From the sequence record MH383160.1: a stretch of DNA of 64,000 nt; one strand, given 5' to 3'. A program made the position numbers and the translations under genes. This document shows, in pieces, positions 45,381 to 60,841 of the stretch. Numbering within the stretch: the stretch's first letter is position 1; every line of letters begins with the position of its first letter. The notes beneath the pieces are model-generated. The model ran no database searches. It saw only the letters and a program-made list of their open reading frames with translations, and was not told where the DNA came from.

Positions 45381-46355
45381 TCTACGTATCAAAATTTTAG
45401 GTACTGTTAGGAAAGGGTCATACACTTTTCGGACAGCAGCATAGTCATATGGTACTGGAACAATTTTGGGATGAATAGCAACCACCAAACGTAACCACAT
45501 ATAATTTCCTTTAAAATTAAATGCTTGTATTCCGTCAAGTTCTTTTGGAAAACCTTCTGAATCAATTCCATTTTCAATATAATCCTTCCCATCTAATTTA
45601 ATAATAAACCATTTATAGTTTTCATTATCATTAGGTACGTTGTTACACAAGCACCCTTGTAGCTGTATTCTACCAATAAATTTATCAAAATAGATTGCAA
45701 TACTACTTAATCCATCTACTAATCCAAACTGCATTTGTGCTGGTAGTGGAGTTGATGCGAGAATATCATATTCACCAATCATACCATTTCCAATTGGTTC
45801 ATGATATAAACGCTTTATAGTTGTCCATGCTGGATTTTTATTAACTGATATTTCAGTACTGGGGACAAATACAGGTGCTGCTTGGTCTGAAATTATTAGC
45901 TCTGCTGATGCCTCAAAGTTCATCCCTGTGTATAGATATTGTGTTGGTTCTATAAGTGAACCATCCATTGTTACTTTAGTAATGCTCCATCTATATTTTG
46001 AACCAGGACTGGTATCTTGAATAACTCCTGCTGGAACAATACATCCATAATATACTTTCTTTTTATTTCCTAATGTTTGTCTTGCTTGTCCACTTTCTGA
46101 TAACCAACTGGGTTCTTGTTTTTCTAATACAACATCAAATAGTTTAGTATTATTTCGTGCATCAAAAATCATAAATGTAAGATATTCATTATCTTTCAAT
46201 AAAGTATATTTTCCATCAGCGTTGTGAACAGTAAAAGATAAATTATTATTTGCCCCTCTATATATAGTTAGTTTTTCATTGCTATATGGCATATTAAAAT
46301 TGCCCAATGATACTTCCTGATTATAAGGGTACATAAACACGCCGTGATGAGCCAT
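45378..46355 (-). CDS. probable virion structural protein
   Basis: beta-rich 325 aa; GGAAGG RBS at revised start; TAAATA at 46397-46402. Confidence 0.6.
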   Translation of the reverse strand: MAHHGVFMYPYNQEVSLGNFNMPYSNEKLTIYRGANNNLSFTVHNADGKYTLLKDNEYLTFMIFDARNNTKLFDVVLEKQEPSWLSESGQARQTLGNKKKVYYGCIVPAGVIQDTSPGSKYRWSITKVTMDGSLIEPTQYLYTGMNFEASAELIISDQAAPVFVPSTEISVNKNPAWTTIKRLYHEPIGNGMIGEYDILASTPLPAQMQFGLVDGLSSIAIYFDKFIGRIQLQGCLCNNVPNDNENYKWFIIKLDGKDYIENGIDSEGFPKELDGIQAFNFKGNYMWLRLVVAIHPKIVPVPYDYAAVRKVYDPFLTVPKILIRR

Positions 46356-46412
46356 AGTTTTTCCTTCCATAAATAATAGGTATAAATTTATACTAATATT
46401 TATGGAACTAAT

Positions 46413-46766
46413 ATGAATCAATATAACACTATTCCACCATTTATTACTGTAATCCAGTATGATGGTAAAACGTTTGTAGGTATCATCAAAATCAAAAGCA
46501 AACAGTATACAACTCTTTACTGTTTCGATGATATGGATGATTCAATGCAAGACGAATTGTTAGGTATAGCACACGATTGGTGGTGGCAAAGTAATAGAAC
46601 CATTCCAGTTTGTCTATTCTTTCAAGAAGAGATGGAGAAATTTGAACCGTACACACAGAGATTCGATACACCGTCGGTGAATTTCGTATGTGGTCCAGTA
46701 GTTTCTTTAAGCAATTTGCCACAGAAACGCATCAAGCGTCGTAATGTGGCTCTTAAGAAGAAGTAA
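46413..46766 (+). CDS. conserved hypothetical protein (WWWQSNR motif)
   Basis: plus-strand ORF, GGA RBS, TAAATA at 46370-46375. Confidence 0.7.
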   Translation: MNQYNTIPPFITVIQYDGKTFVGIIKIKSKQYTTLYCFDDMDDSMQDELLGIAHDWWWQSNRTIPVCLFFQEEMEKFEPYTQRFDTPSVNFVCGPVVSLSNLPQKRIKRRNVALKKK

Positions 46767-47391
46767 GATGTTCAACTAAAGCATTTAGTTGTACAACAAT
46801 CATTAAGCTATATGCGTAAGCATGTGGCTTTTTGAAATATCGTAATTTATTTCCTGCTTGGTCAGTGCCTATAGTGCTATAATCCCATATGGTGGCTTTA
46901 ACTTCGTCCCATGTGTTCATACTTTGGCACTGCCTTTTTCCTGGGCGAATCATTGCAATAAACATTGCTAGTTCGTCTATAGATTTAGGCTTCCATACAT
47001 TTAATAAAGTTACATGTTTTTTAATTTGCGATAGATGTTCTACAAATTCGGGTTCTAACAATAGATCCCAATTTGGTTCCTGATTCATTAGTTCTTTTAA
47101 ATGCTCTCTATCACGAACATACATGTAAGCTGACTGTGAAAGAATATCAACTTTTTGATACCCTAACTTTTCAGCTTCTTTATATTGTATACTTGCCAAT
47201 CCAGTGATTGGGTCAATAGGTATATTATCAAAATGAACACCACTATTATGGGGGATTAAACCATCCTCCGTAATTTTTTCAGTACTTCGCACACATGGAA
47301 GTTTAGCGATTACGCTTTTACTATCCTTGAAGTCAATGTCAATATCAGTTCGGGCTTTTCTATAATGTTTAGAATCGGTCGAATCCTGCAT
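46753..47391 (-). CDS. DNA polymerase III alpha (DnaE)-like, catalytic/fingers fragment
   Basis: TDIDIDF (DxD), HNSGV, GYQKVDIL (third Asp), AMIRPG, FKKPHAYAY. Confidence 0.88.
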   Translation of the reverse strand: MQDSTDSKHYRKARTDIDIDFKDSKSVIAKLPCVRSTEKITEDGLIPHNSGVHFDNIPIDPITGLASIQYKEAEKLGYQKVDILSQSAYMYVRDREHLKELMNQEPNWDLLLEPEFVEHLSQIKKHVTLLNVWKPKSIDELAMFIAMIRPGKRQCQSMNTWDEVKATIWDYSTIGTDQAGNKLRYFKKPHAYAYSLMIVVQLNALVEHLTSS

Positions 47392-47698
47392 TTTTTATTT
47401 GCTCCTGTAACTGTTTAACTGTATTAGTCAAAGTTGATATTTGATTCTCTAATAATCTACAATTTTGTTTTGTCTTTGCCAATTCTTGACTTAAACTGAA
47501 AAAGCGTTCTTCGTGTCTTTCTACCAAAGAAATAATTTTTTCAATACGAGCAGGATCATGAACTTGAAATGTTTTACCATCTAAAGTTATTTCAGTAATA
47601 GATCCTTGTCTAAGTAGAGATATTTGTTTTGATTTTTGTTCTTTAGGTACAGGTACATACCCTTCTGGTATTTTATTATATATACTTTTTCCATTCAT
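47369..47698 (-). CDS. coiled-coil hypothetical protein
   Basis: C-terminal heptad pattern. Confidence 0.6.
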   Translation of the reverse strand: MNGKSIYNKIPEGYVPVPKEQKSKQISLLRQGSITEITLDGKTFQVHDPARIEKIISLVERHEERFFSLSQELAKTKQNCRLLENQISTLTNTVKQLQEQIKNAGFDRF

Positions 47699-48405
47699 AA
47701 TCCTGCCTCACATAGCATAATCTTAATTTCATCACAATCCTTTTTGTATTTTATAGTTTTGATTTCAAAATAACTTGGATCGATGTATTTAAGTATATAT
47801 TCAATTTCTGAGTTTGATAGTTTTTTAAAAAACTTATTAGTACTTTTTTTAGGAGCAAGCCAGATAATCCAAGGTGAAATTTTACCACTCTCAATCCATG
47901 CAATTGCACGGGCAGAACTTACATTTTCAAAGAAAGTATTCCATTGTACATTCAAATTTTCAGCCCATTCAACCAGTGAGATAACACTTCTTGCAATTGC
48001 TTCTTTTGGGTGCTCGGCACGAATTGTTTTTAATATCCATTCATCTTTTGCTTTATATGTACTCCATTCCGTGATTGGTTTGTTATTGATAATCAAGTAC
48101 TTTACAAACTCGTCCACATTAATAATATCTCTATTATTCAAATAGTATTCGGCAAAACTATAAAAATCATTAAAGTACTTTGACTTTATAAAAGCAATAA
48201 AAGGCTCTACGCCTTTTTTAAATGGGAACTTATTCAATTCCATAAATTGCATATATATACGAAAAGCCTCCATCATCTGGCGGCTTTGGCGGTCTTCGTA
48301 TCGGTCACGTTTTATACATTTATGTGTGTTTACAGTTTCTTCACGTTTAAATTCACGATCACAAAATCTACAGGTATATACTTTATTACTTGATTTCTTT
48401 GCCAT
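47695..48405 (-). CDS. conserved protein with N-terminal zinc finger
   Basis: YTCRFCDREFKREETVNTHKC. Confidence 0.7.
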   Translation of the reverse strand: MAKKSSNKVYTCRFCDREFKREETVNTHKCIKRDRYEDRQSRQMMEAFRIYMQFMELNKFPFKKGVEPFIAFIKSKYFNDFYSFAEYYLNNRDIINVDEFVKYLIINNKPITEWSTYKAKDEWILKTIRAEHPKEAIARSVISLVEWAENLNVQWNTFFENVSSARAIAWIESGKISPWIIWLAPKKSTNKFFKKLSNSEIEYILKYIDPSYFEIKTIKYKKDCDEIKIMLCEAGL

Positions 48406-49231
48406 ATTTTTTACATTCTTCTTTAAACAATTTCATCATAGATTTCTTTTCATTATCTTGAAAACCATTATTGTCAAGAAATGTCTCAAATGTTTTTTTA
48501 TCATACTGCAATAGAACAATTTTGTACTCATCTTCATTCATTTGAGTAGATATAGTATCAGGTTGTGAGCTTTTAATTAACTCAAATAATTCGTTATTTG
48601 CCTTTTTGAAATTCTTAGAAAAGTTTAACCAGTTACGTGGCATTTCTTGTCCACCAATCATATCATGGACTGAACACATAAGCTGATATACTAATTCTGG
48701 ATGTTCTTTCATATCCCAAAATCCATCATTAACCATATCATTTAGCATAATAAGTTGGTATTTGACAACTTCAGTATCTACTAATGAAACAATTTCGGAA
48801 CCTGATACGCCAAATTCGACCATTGAGGATATTAATTTTTGTGCGTCATCTTTTGATTGGACTGCAAATTTAATACGCCAATCATAATCACTATGACAGT
48901 ACTTAGTTACTGATGAAACATTTGTCCCTGAAGACTTTAATTCAGTAACTAGTTCAGTCAGTGCTTCTTTACCACCAGATTTCCATTTTCCAAATACACT
49001 TTCAACTTTACTACTAGGGTAGGTTACTTGTAACGAATCATCTAAAGAGCTTACCCATCGCAAAACAGTATATGGAGTAAACTCTTTTCGTTCTTTTTCG
49101 GTCATGTCATTATAGTACTTATAATCAGCACGGTCAATGTGTTTTAGAAATTCAGCAATAGAAAAAGAATGCTGTGTTGGTTTTTCATCATCATCGACCG
49201 ACTTATTTTTAATATCACTGAAATCAAACAC
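48386..49231 (-). CDS. putative clamp loader small subunit (gp62-like) with internal insertion
   Basis: EFTPYTVLRWVSS and LNDMVN...HPELVYQL resemble gp62-type proteins. Confidence 0.45.
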   Translation of the reverse strand: MFDFSDIKNKSVDDDEKPTQHSFSIAEFLKHIDRADYKYYNDMTEKERKEFTPYTVLRWVSSLDDSLQVTYPSSKVESVFGKWKSGGKEALTELVTELKSSGTNVSSVTKYCHSDYDWRIKFAVQSKDDAQKLISSMVEFGVSGSEIVSLVDTEVVKYQLIMLNDMVNDGFWDMKEHPELVYQLMCSVHDMIGGQEMPRNWLNFSKNFKKANNELFELIKSSQPDTISTQMNEDEYKIVLLQYDKKTFETFLDNNGFQDNEKKSMMKLFKEECKKYGKEIK

Positions 49232-49235
49232 TATT

Positions 49236-49733
49236 TTATACTCCTAGATACAAATCTTGAATTTTTTCGTTTTCATCTGCAAAGTACACACATGGTGGAT
49301 TTTCACCACTATGTAGTGGGACGCATAGTAAATTCTTTTTAGGTAACATTGGTATCTGCCACTTTGTAGTTAATGCAAATACACGTAGTACTTTGACTGG
49401 TTCAAACTTAGGATACATTGAACGGATAGGATTGTAAACAAAAGCTTTTGGTTCTTTCATGTTAAGAATGTTTTCAATTGTACACATCTCAACCATACCA
49501 GTTTCTTCATCACCTAACATAATTTGCCATCCTAGAGGCACTTGAATAATCTTTTCACCAATTTGAAGATCAGCACTAATACTATTAAATGATACGGTGT
49601 TTAGAATATGTCTAAAATAAAAATCAGATTCACCATTTGGGCTTAGATCCAAAACACAATACATTTCTTCAGGGATATGTTCTGTTACTAAATCCATGTC
49701 AAAAGAATTATTTTCAGGTGTTAATACGTTCAT
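49236..49733 (-). CDS. conserved hypothetical protein near uvsW
   Basis: 165 aa beta-rich, GGAG RBS. Confidence 0.7.
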   Translation of the reverse strand: MNVLTPENNSFDMDLVTEHIPEEMYCVLDLSPNGESDFYFRHILNTVSFNSISADLQIGEKIIQVPLGWQIMLGDEETGMVEMCTIENILNMKEPKAFVYNPIRSMYPKFEPVKVLRVFALTTKWQIPMLPKKNLLCVPLHSGENPPCVYFADENEKIQDLYLGV

Positions 49734-49742
49734 GTCATCTCC

Positions 49743-50171
49743 TTAGTACTGCGAATCTTCTTCGTCATCATAATATTCTTCATCATCTTGGTCTTCTACC
49801 CCATAAAATTCAAGTCCATAAGTTTCACACATCTCTTGAATTTTATCTACATCAGTATCCAGATATGAATCAAAATTACCACTTAGACTTACTACATCAA
49901 TAAAAGTTTTCGTGTCAGTACTTGCATAGATGATATCATATTTCAATGATTCTACTTTAGAATCAATTCGTGTCTGTAATTCATAGATATTAATCCAAGA
50001 ATCACTATCAATATTACATCTCCATACGTTAGTATCATCCGTTTCTAGCTCAGGTATATAGTCAAGAGAAGATACCATGTCATCCATAATACCATCATCG
50101 TTCAACAATACATCCATAACTTCTAAAGTTTCTTGGTCACAAATAAAAGCAATACTAGATCTCAATTCCAT
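49743..50171 (-). CDS. acidic hypothetical protein
   Basis: 142 aa, Asp-rich. Confidence 0.65.
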   Translation of the reverse strand: MELRSSIAFICDQETLEVMDVLLNDDGIMDDMVSSLDYIPELETDDTNVWRCNIDSDSWINIYELQTRIDSKVESLKYDIIYASTDTKTFIDVVSLSGNFDSYLDTDVDKIQEMCETYGLEFYGVEDQDDEEYYDDEEDSQY

Positions 50172-50226
50172 TTTATTTTACATCCTTGTTGTTGTCATAT
50201 GACACATTATATCACAAACAGCGGGT

Positions 50227-51711
50227 TTATCCCGCTGTGTTTTCCCAATCTTTAACATCTATTATACTATGAGGATATTGTGCTTCCTTATAGTAAGCTA
50301 AACGTTCTCGTAAATGCTTGGCACTATACTTATTAGAACCACTAATATCATATATTTCTACGTGGTCTTTATCTTCTGCTCGGCGTAATCCACGTCCAAT
50401 TGACTGTATAGTTCTTACAAAACTTTTTCCTGGCTCAATCAATACTACATTATATAACCTTGAAATACTAATACCAGTACTGGCAACGCCGTATGTCGCA
50501 ATAAGTATTTTATTATCAGCCCAACGAATTTCACCATAAGATGATTCTCGATCTTTCTTTTTAGTTTCTCCACGAACGAATTCTGATTTGGGAATGCCTA
50601 AAAATTCACATAGCAACTCACCTGCTTCAAGTCTATCTACTAAAACTAAAGTGTTTCCTGATTCAGATAACGCAGATATCAATGACGCTACATATGCCAT
50701 CCTATCTCTGTCAGTTACTAAGTATTTCAACTCTTCAGCATATGATGCAAACTTCATACTACTTTTTAGTTTTATGCAATTCACATTACATGTACTTAGT
50801 ATCTGTTTATCTTGTAATTCCTTTGCAGTTATTTTAAATATAACATCACCAACATTACATTTGATTTTCGCGGCAACTACCGGATCTTTAGGAATTGTTC
50901 CAGTAAGACCCCAACGTAATGGTACGTTATTCATAACTTTAGAAAGTACTTGAACTAATGCGTCACCGCCTGCACCTTGACACTCATCAACGATAACACA
51001 AACTACTCCATCGATAAAATCATTCACGTCTTGTTCAGTTAATTCAATTTCACCTTTCTTGGTTTTCTTCCATAGAGAGTTAAATGATTGCCAAGTCGTA
51101 ATAGTATGTTGGTGACCAAAATCTTTTTGTGAACCATAGAACATGCCAGTATCCAACCCACACATAATGTAGTCATCATATGTTTGTTGTACTAAGTCAG
51201 TACTTGGTACTATTATAACAGAACGTCCATACTCTTGCACTTTCTTTGACAATGCAGCAGTAATGAGAGTTTTACCTGCACCAGTAGCTGCCAATAGTAG
51301 TCCGTGTGGATTAGCCAAACATGCATTAACCGCATTAACTTGATGTTCACGTAGTTTTATGGATTTACCTTCCATGTGGTGTCCTGCACCGAATACAACA
51401 TCACTAAAAATATCTTCATCAATGGGGTCAAATTTAAATCCATAATCTACCCTATGATCTACTAATTCAATGTCAATCTTAGCTTCATCAAGAATAGGCA
51501 ATAACTTATCTAACATATGATAATAAGTTGTCCCGCCTAAATTCATAAACTGAACTTTACCATCCCAACGTCCAATACGTCCTGCTGGTGTGAACTTTGC
51601 ATATGGTAACACATATTCAGTTGCACGAATCATCTTTTGTCTAATTGAGGGATCAAGTCCCTCAAATTTACAATTCACCTCATCCAATAAGGTTAACTTA
51701 CAAGTTTTCAT
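50227..51711 (-). CDS. uvsW: UvsW SF2 DNA helicase
   Basis: ATGAGKT, IVDECQ, GLTGT, STGISI, QSIGRGLR. Confidence 0.93.
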   Translation of the reverse strand: MKTCKLTLLDEVNCKFEGLDPSIRQKMIRATEYVLPYAKFTPAGRIGRWDGKVQFMNLGGTTYYHMLDKLLPILDEAKIDIELVDHRVDYGFKFDPIDEDIFSDVVFGAGHHMEGKSIKLREHQVNAVNACLANPHGLLLAATGAGKTLITAALSKKVQEYGRSVIIVPSTDLVQQTYDDYIMCGLDTGMFYGSQKDFGHQHTITTWQSFNSLWKKTKKGEIELTEQDVNDFIDGVVCVIVDECQGAGGDALVQVLSKVMNNVPLRWGLTGTIPKDPVVAAKIKCNVGDVIFKITAKELQDKQILSTCNVNCIKLKSSMKFASYAEELKYLVTDRDRMAYVASLISALSESGNTLVLVDRLEAGELLCEFLGIPKSEFVRGETKKKDRESSYGEIRWADNKILIATYGVASTGISISRLYNVVLIEPGKSFVRTIQSIGRGLRRAEDKDHVEIYDISGSNKYSAKHLRERLAYYKEAQYPHSIIDVKDWENTAG

Positions 51712-51726
51712 CCATGATTACCTTTA

Positions 51727-52545
51727 TTAATTAGTTCGAGTATTATATTCGTACTCAAATGTATATACTAAATCTTTATCACAGTTAGGGTTACTTGCAT
51801 CTAAAATGTCACTATTAGTAATCATCCATTCAATGTAATTCAATGGAACTGTACTCATTGGCTCACCTTTGTGTTTACCAAATGGCATGAATTGATAACG
51901 CATTGGTGTGTTGCAGAAAGTTACAATTTGCTCACCAATATCACCATTAGGTTCAATATGTCCACGTTCGATTGCAATTTCAACTAATTTGATTAGAACC
52001 TGATAACACATGAACACATCGTCTTTTGCTGCGTGTGCATTAACAGGTCGATGAACATCACGATAACATCCAAACTTATACCACAAATAACTTAGAGTTA
52101 AGTTTTTAAATTCAATATCTTCTGCGAACATTTTCTTAGCAAGACGAAGGGTACAAATCCATTTATTTTCATCAAGTAAGTACTGTGAAATTGAGTTACG
52201 ATATTTATATTCGTTATCTACCATCATTCTACGGTCAAATTGTACATTATGACCAACAAAATACTTACGGCATCCCATAAGTGCATCAATGTTATCTAAA
52301 TCATCTTTATACCCAACACAATTAGCTACATCCTCAGTACTGATAAAGTGCACAGCAGATGCCTCTGGTGGAATATCTTTCAAGGGTTTGTATCTCAATG
52401 TATAGTTATCAATAGTATCAATGTTTTCATGTGAAGTATGTGGATACGAGATACTAAATTCAATAATATCATCTTCACTCTCAACCCCAGTAGTTTCAGT
52501 ATCTAGAACTGCTACATTTGATAAAAACTCATTTAATTTTGTCAT
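51727..52545 (-). CDS. DEDDh exonuclease (ExoX/DnaQ-like) with C-terminal MPFGKHKG domain
   Basis: VLDTETTG, VGHNVQFD, AHAAKDD, MPFGKHKGEPMSTVPLNYIEW. Confidence 0.88.
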   Translation of the reverse strand: MTKLNEFLSNVAVLDTETTGVESEDDIIEFSISYPHTSHENIDTIDNYTLRYKPLKDIPPEASAVHFISTEDVANCVGYKDDLDNIDALMGCRKYFVGHNVQFDRRMMVDNEYKYRNSISQYLLDENKWICTLRLAKKMFAEDIEFKNLTLSYLWYKFGCYRDVHRPVNAHAAKDDVFMCYQVLIKLVEIAIERGHIEPNGDIGEQIVTFCNTPMRYQFMPFGKHKGEPMSTVPLNYIEWMITNSDILDASNPNCDKDLVYTFEYEYNTRTN

Positions 52546-52592
52546 TTTATTCTCGCATAGAAAAAGGACGCGATATGCGTCCTTAATGATAA

Positions 52593-53054
52593 TTATTCTA
52601 AACGTGCATCCTCAATACCAGCGGCACGTAGTCTCACAATATTGTTTAACTGAAAAGCTTTCATCTCTAAGGATTTAACAATACTTGAATATGTATTTCT
52701 TATATAAGATACCTCGTTTATAAGTTCTGCTAACTCACAAACATCTTTATCACCTTCAACATATTTTTTACAGTCAGATGAAGATAGTGCACGGCGGTAT
52801 CCTTCGAGAAAGTATTTGAACTTCTCGGCTTGTACCTGACGCATTTCAATTTCTAACATTTCCAATACTGCTTCAAGTTCTTGAAGCTGGCTTAGACGCG
52901 TCTCATGCCAGCCAGGAATCTCTTGAGCAATTTTTTCAATGATGCCAATCTTCTTTACTTCACGACGAGCTTCTTCAACTTCTTTGTTAAAGAACTCAAT
53001 CATTTCAATAATTTTAGATTTATCATCTTTGATAATCCAATGCCAAGGTTTCAT
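52593..53054 (-). CDS. uvsY: UvsY-like recombination mediator
   Basis: LSSSDCKKYVEGD, KAFQLNNIVRLRAAGIED; directly after uvsX. Confidence 0.8.
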   Translation of the reverse strand: MKPWHWIIKDDKSKIIEMIEFFNKEVEEARREVKKIGIIEKIAQEIPGWHETRLSQLQELEAVLEMLEIEMRQVQAEKFKYFLEGYRRALSSSDCKKYVEGDKDVCELAELINEVSYIRNTYSSIVKSLEMKAFQLNNIVRLRAAGIEDARLE

Positions 53055-54172
53055 TATTCCTCACTAATATCCACATCAGTACCAAAAGTTTCATCACCTT
53101 TTTCTTCTTCTTTAACTTCTTCAATCAAAGGATGATTTTTAAATTGATGCATTACCAAATCAAGACATGAATCTTCATTACGCATCCACTCTTTGCGATA
53201 TTTTAGAATCTGTTCGCCAGTTACAATATCAACATACAATAGACGGTTACCTGATTTAGTGATTAGACCGTATTTTTCAAACATATCTAGTAGACCACTA
53301 CGTGGGTCCATACCTTTATCCCAAGGAATTTTAATTTCTACATCTTCAAACGGCTTGTTGTAACGAGTCTTCATGACTTTACATTTAGCACGAATACCAT
53401 TTACTTCGGAAGTTTTATTTCCGTCTTCATCTTCTTTAAGTTTTAATTTACCCATTGCGATAACCATAGATGAAGCATAAATCAAGCCACTACCACCTGA
53501 AACTTTAGGATCTGGGTTAAACATGTCCTGAGATTCATAACTGTGGTTAACGCAAACCATACCAATGTTCAATGAACCAATAGAGTTTACACAGTTTGTG
53601 ATATATGCTTTAAGCTGTTTGGGTTTATGACCCATGTCACCTTTAAGGTTACCCGCTTTCATTTGATCATTGGCTACTTCAGTGTTTAGCATACCAATTG
53701 AATCAATAATAAACAATACTTTTTGACGTTCATCTTTAGGTGTATTTTCGTATTCTTTACGATATCCTTCAATGAACACATAGGTGAATTTTGCAACGTC
53801 ACCAATCATACCCATATTGACTTTCAAAAGTTTTTCTTCAGAAGTGTCAACACCAAGTGCTTGAAGCCAATCTGAATCCAATGCGTTCTCTGAGTCAATC
53901 ATAACAACAAAGATGCCTTGTTTTTGAGCTTCACGTGCAATATTACCAGATACGATAAAAGATTTACCACTACCTGATTCACCAGCAAACATCGTTACTT
54001 TGCCTAGTGGGATACCACGGTCAAAATAGCCACTGATGCGATAATTTAGTGCGTAGTTACCAGTACTAACCCATGTATCTGGATCATGAAAACCAACACT
54101 AACACCAGTATTCTTTTTAACACTACCAGTACTGTTTTTAAGAATGTTCGCAAAACCACTTGTCATTTTCAT
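53054..54172 (-). CDS. uvsX: UvsX/RecA recombinase
   Basis: STGNYALN, GESGSGKS, IDSENA, IIDSIG, SGGSGLIYASS. Confidence 0.93.
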   Translation of the reverse strand: MKMTSGFANILKNSTGSVKKNTGVSVGFHDPDTWVSTGNYALNYRISGYFDRGIPLGKVTMFAGESGSGKSFIVSGNIAREAQKQGIFVVMIDSENALDSDWLQALGVDTSEEKLLKVNMGMIGDVAKFTYVFIEGYRKEYENTPKDERQKVLFIIDSIGMLNTEVANDQMKAGNLKGDMGHKPKQLKAYITNCVNSIGSLNIGMVCVNHSYESQDMFNPDPKVSGGSGLIYASSMVIAMGKLKLKEDEDGNKTSEVNGIRAKCKVMKTRYNKPFEDVEIKIPWDKGMDPRSGLLDMFEKYGLITKSGNRLLYVDIVTGEQILKYRKEWMRNEDSCLDLVMHQFKNHPLIEEVKEEEKGDETFGTDVDISEE

Positions 54173-54241
54173 AATTCGCTCCTTGAATTTTATGAAATAA
54201 AACGGGGCAAACTCCGTTGCCCCTTAACTTTTCAAAAACTA

Positions 54242-55294
54242 TTACTTACCTTGTTGTTTCAAACGAGCAACTAGTGCAGATGCAGATAGTTGTTCTTTTG
54301 GTGCTTCAGGAGTGGTTGCTGCTGGGGTAGCGACTGGAGTTACTGGAGCAGCTTGTGGGGCTGGTGTAACTGGAGCAGTAGGTGCTACTGGTGCAGGTGC
54401 TGACTCTTGTTGTACTGGAGCAGGAGTTGGTTTTGATTCAGTAACAGTTCCAGAGTTAGGTTTTGGTACACCTGCTGGACGATATGCAAATGCCCAACGT
54501 GCTGGATCATATGCTTCACCATTTACTGATGCTTCGAACATTTCTTCAATTGCTTTCAACTCTTCTGGAGTTGGTTGCTTTGGCATAAAATCATTTAGAT
54601 TGTATAGGCCATATTTTTCAATTGCTGCTAGTTCTTCTTCGTTTAGTGGACGCTCAGACATGGAGAATTGAGACATGTCGTAGCTATTATAACCACCACC
54701 ATTCTTAGTTTTAACAATACCAAAATCACGACCTTGAACGTAGTGAGTTGGAGACTCTTTGATGCCTGGGTTTAGCAGGATGGATTTAACTTTATCAAAG
54801 ATATCTTTGTTAGCCAGAATACGACGAATTGGATTTTCTGGTGCAATGTCGTCTTTTACTGCAACGCTATCAGGAGCAATAAAACATTGCATTAGATAGG
54901 TTTTCTTCTTCCAGTAACGACCAGCCATTGCTTTTAGTTCTTCGTTCCCTGTTTCATTCGCACTTTGGAACCATTGACGTACTTCTTTCAGAACCGGACA
55001 GGATTTAGGAACCCACATTTCGTTACAAGGTACTTGAACGGTAACTTTATCAGTGTGCATACCGACTACACCATTGAAAGTTAGGTTAATCATGTCACGT
55101 TCACGCCAGAAGAATGGGTTAGACTCATCTGCATCTGGTAGAAAACGTAGGTTTAGTGGTTCGTTATAAGGTACGTTCCAGAAAGCTAAGAACGAATCAG
55201 CTTTACGCTCGCCAGTAAATGTACCATTCTTTTGAGCTTCTGCTTTTTCTTGTTCTGCTTTTAGGTGTGCACGAATTTCAGCTAGAGATTTCAT
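54242..55294 (-). CDS. 32: single-stranded DNA-binding protein (T4 gp32-like)
   Basis: LRFLPDADESNPFFW, VPCNEMW...CPVL, YWKKKTY, GRDFGIVK; Pro/Ala linker. Confidence 0.88.
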   Translation of the reverse strand: MKSLAEIRAHLKAEQEKAEAQKNGTFTGERKADSFLAFWNVPYNEPLNLRFLPDADESNPFFWRERDMINLTFNGVVGMHTDKVTVQVPCNEMWVPKSCPVLKEVRQWFQSANETGNEELKAMAGRYWKKKTYLMQCFIAPDSVAVKDDIAPENPIRRILANKDIFDKVKSILLNPGIKESPTHYVQGRDFGIVKTKNGGGYNSYDMSQFSMSERPLNEEELAAIEKYGLYNLNDFMPKQPTPEELKAIEEMFEASVNGEAYDPARWAFAYRPAGVPKPNSGTVTESKPTPAPVQQESAPAPVAPTAPVTPAPQAAPVTPVATPAATTPEAPKEQLSASALVARLKQQGK

Positions 55295-55381
55295 ATATAT
55301 CTTCCTTGATTTTGGGTTTCTTTGTTATTTGTTAATTGGCTTCAATGTTTCAGAAACTTCATTGTTCCTTCAACGTTTTAC

Positions 55382-55410
55382 ATTATAGCACAGGTTTTTA
55401 TACTGTCCCA
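55382..55410 (-). promoter_or_regulatory. putative middle promoter TGGGAC-N17-TATAAT (proximal SSB promoter)
   Basis: recurrent motif. Confidence 0.65.
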
Positions 55411-55421
55411 TATTTTTTTAA

Positions 55422-60680
<5,259 letters not shown>

Positions 60681-60689
60681 TCATTGATA

Positions 60690-60718
60690 ATTATAGCACA
60701 TCTTGAATCACTTTCCCA
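60690..60718 (-). promoter_or_regulatory. putative middle promoter TGGGAA-N17-TATAAT (TGTGCTATAAT)
   Basis: recurrent motif upstream of rnh. Confidence 0.6.
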
Positions 60719-60725
60719 GATTTGA

Positions 60726-60795
60726 TAAATAATATCATAGAAATTCATTAAATATCTCAGTAAATTTAAATGCTAGTGATATTTTTTGATAAATA
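60726..60795 (+). promoter_or_regulatory. three TAAATA late-promoter motifs (60726, 60749, 60790)
   Basis: clustered upstream of highly codon-biased structural genes. Confidence 0.55.
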
Positions 60796-60841
60796 ACTTT
60801 AAGCAGGATATACCTGCACAAAATTTGACAAGGAGATTTTC

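Noticed and set aside
54300-54470. Repetitive GC-richer stretch in the SSB gene
   Set aside because: Encodes a Pro/Ala/Thr linker (APVAPTAPVTPAP); low-complexity protein sequence, not a DNA repeat element.
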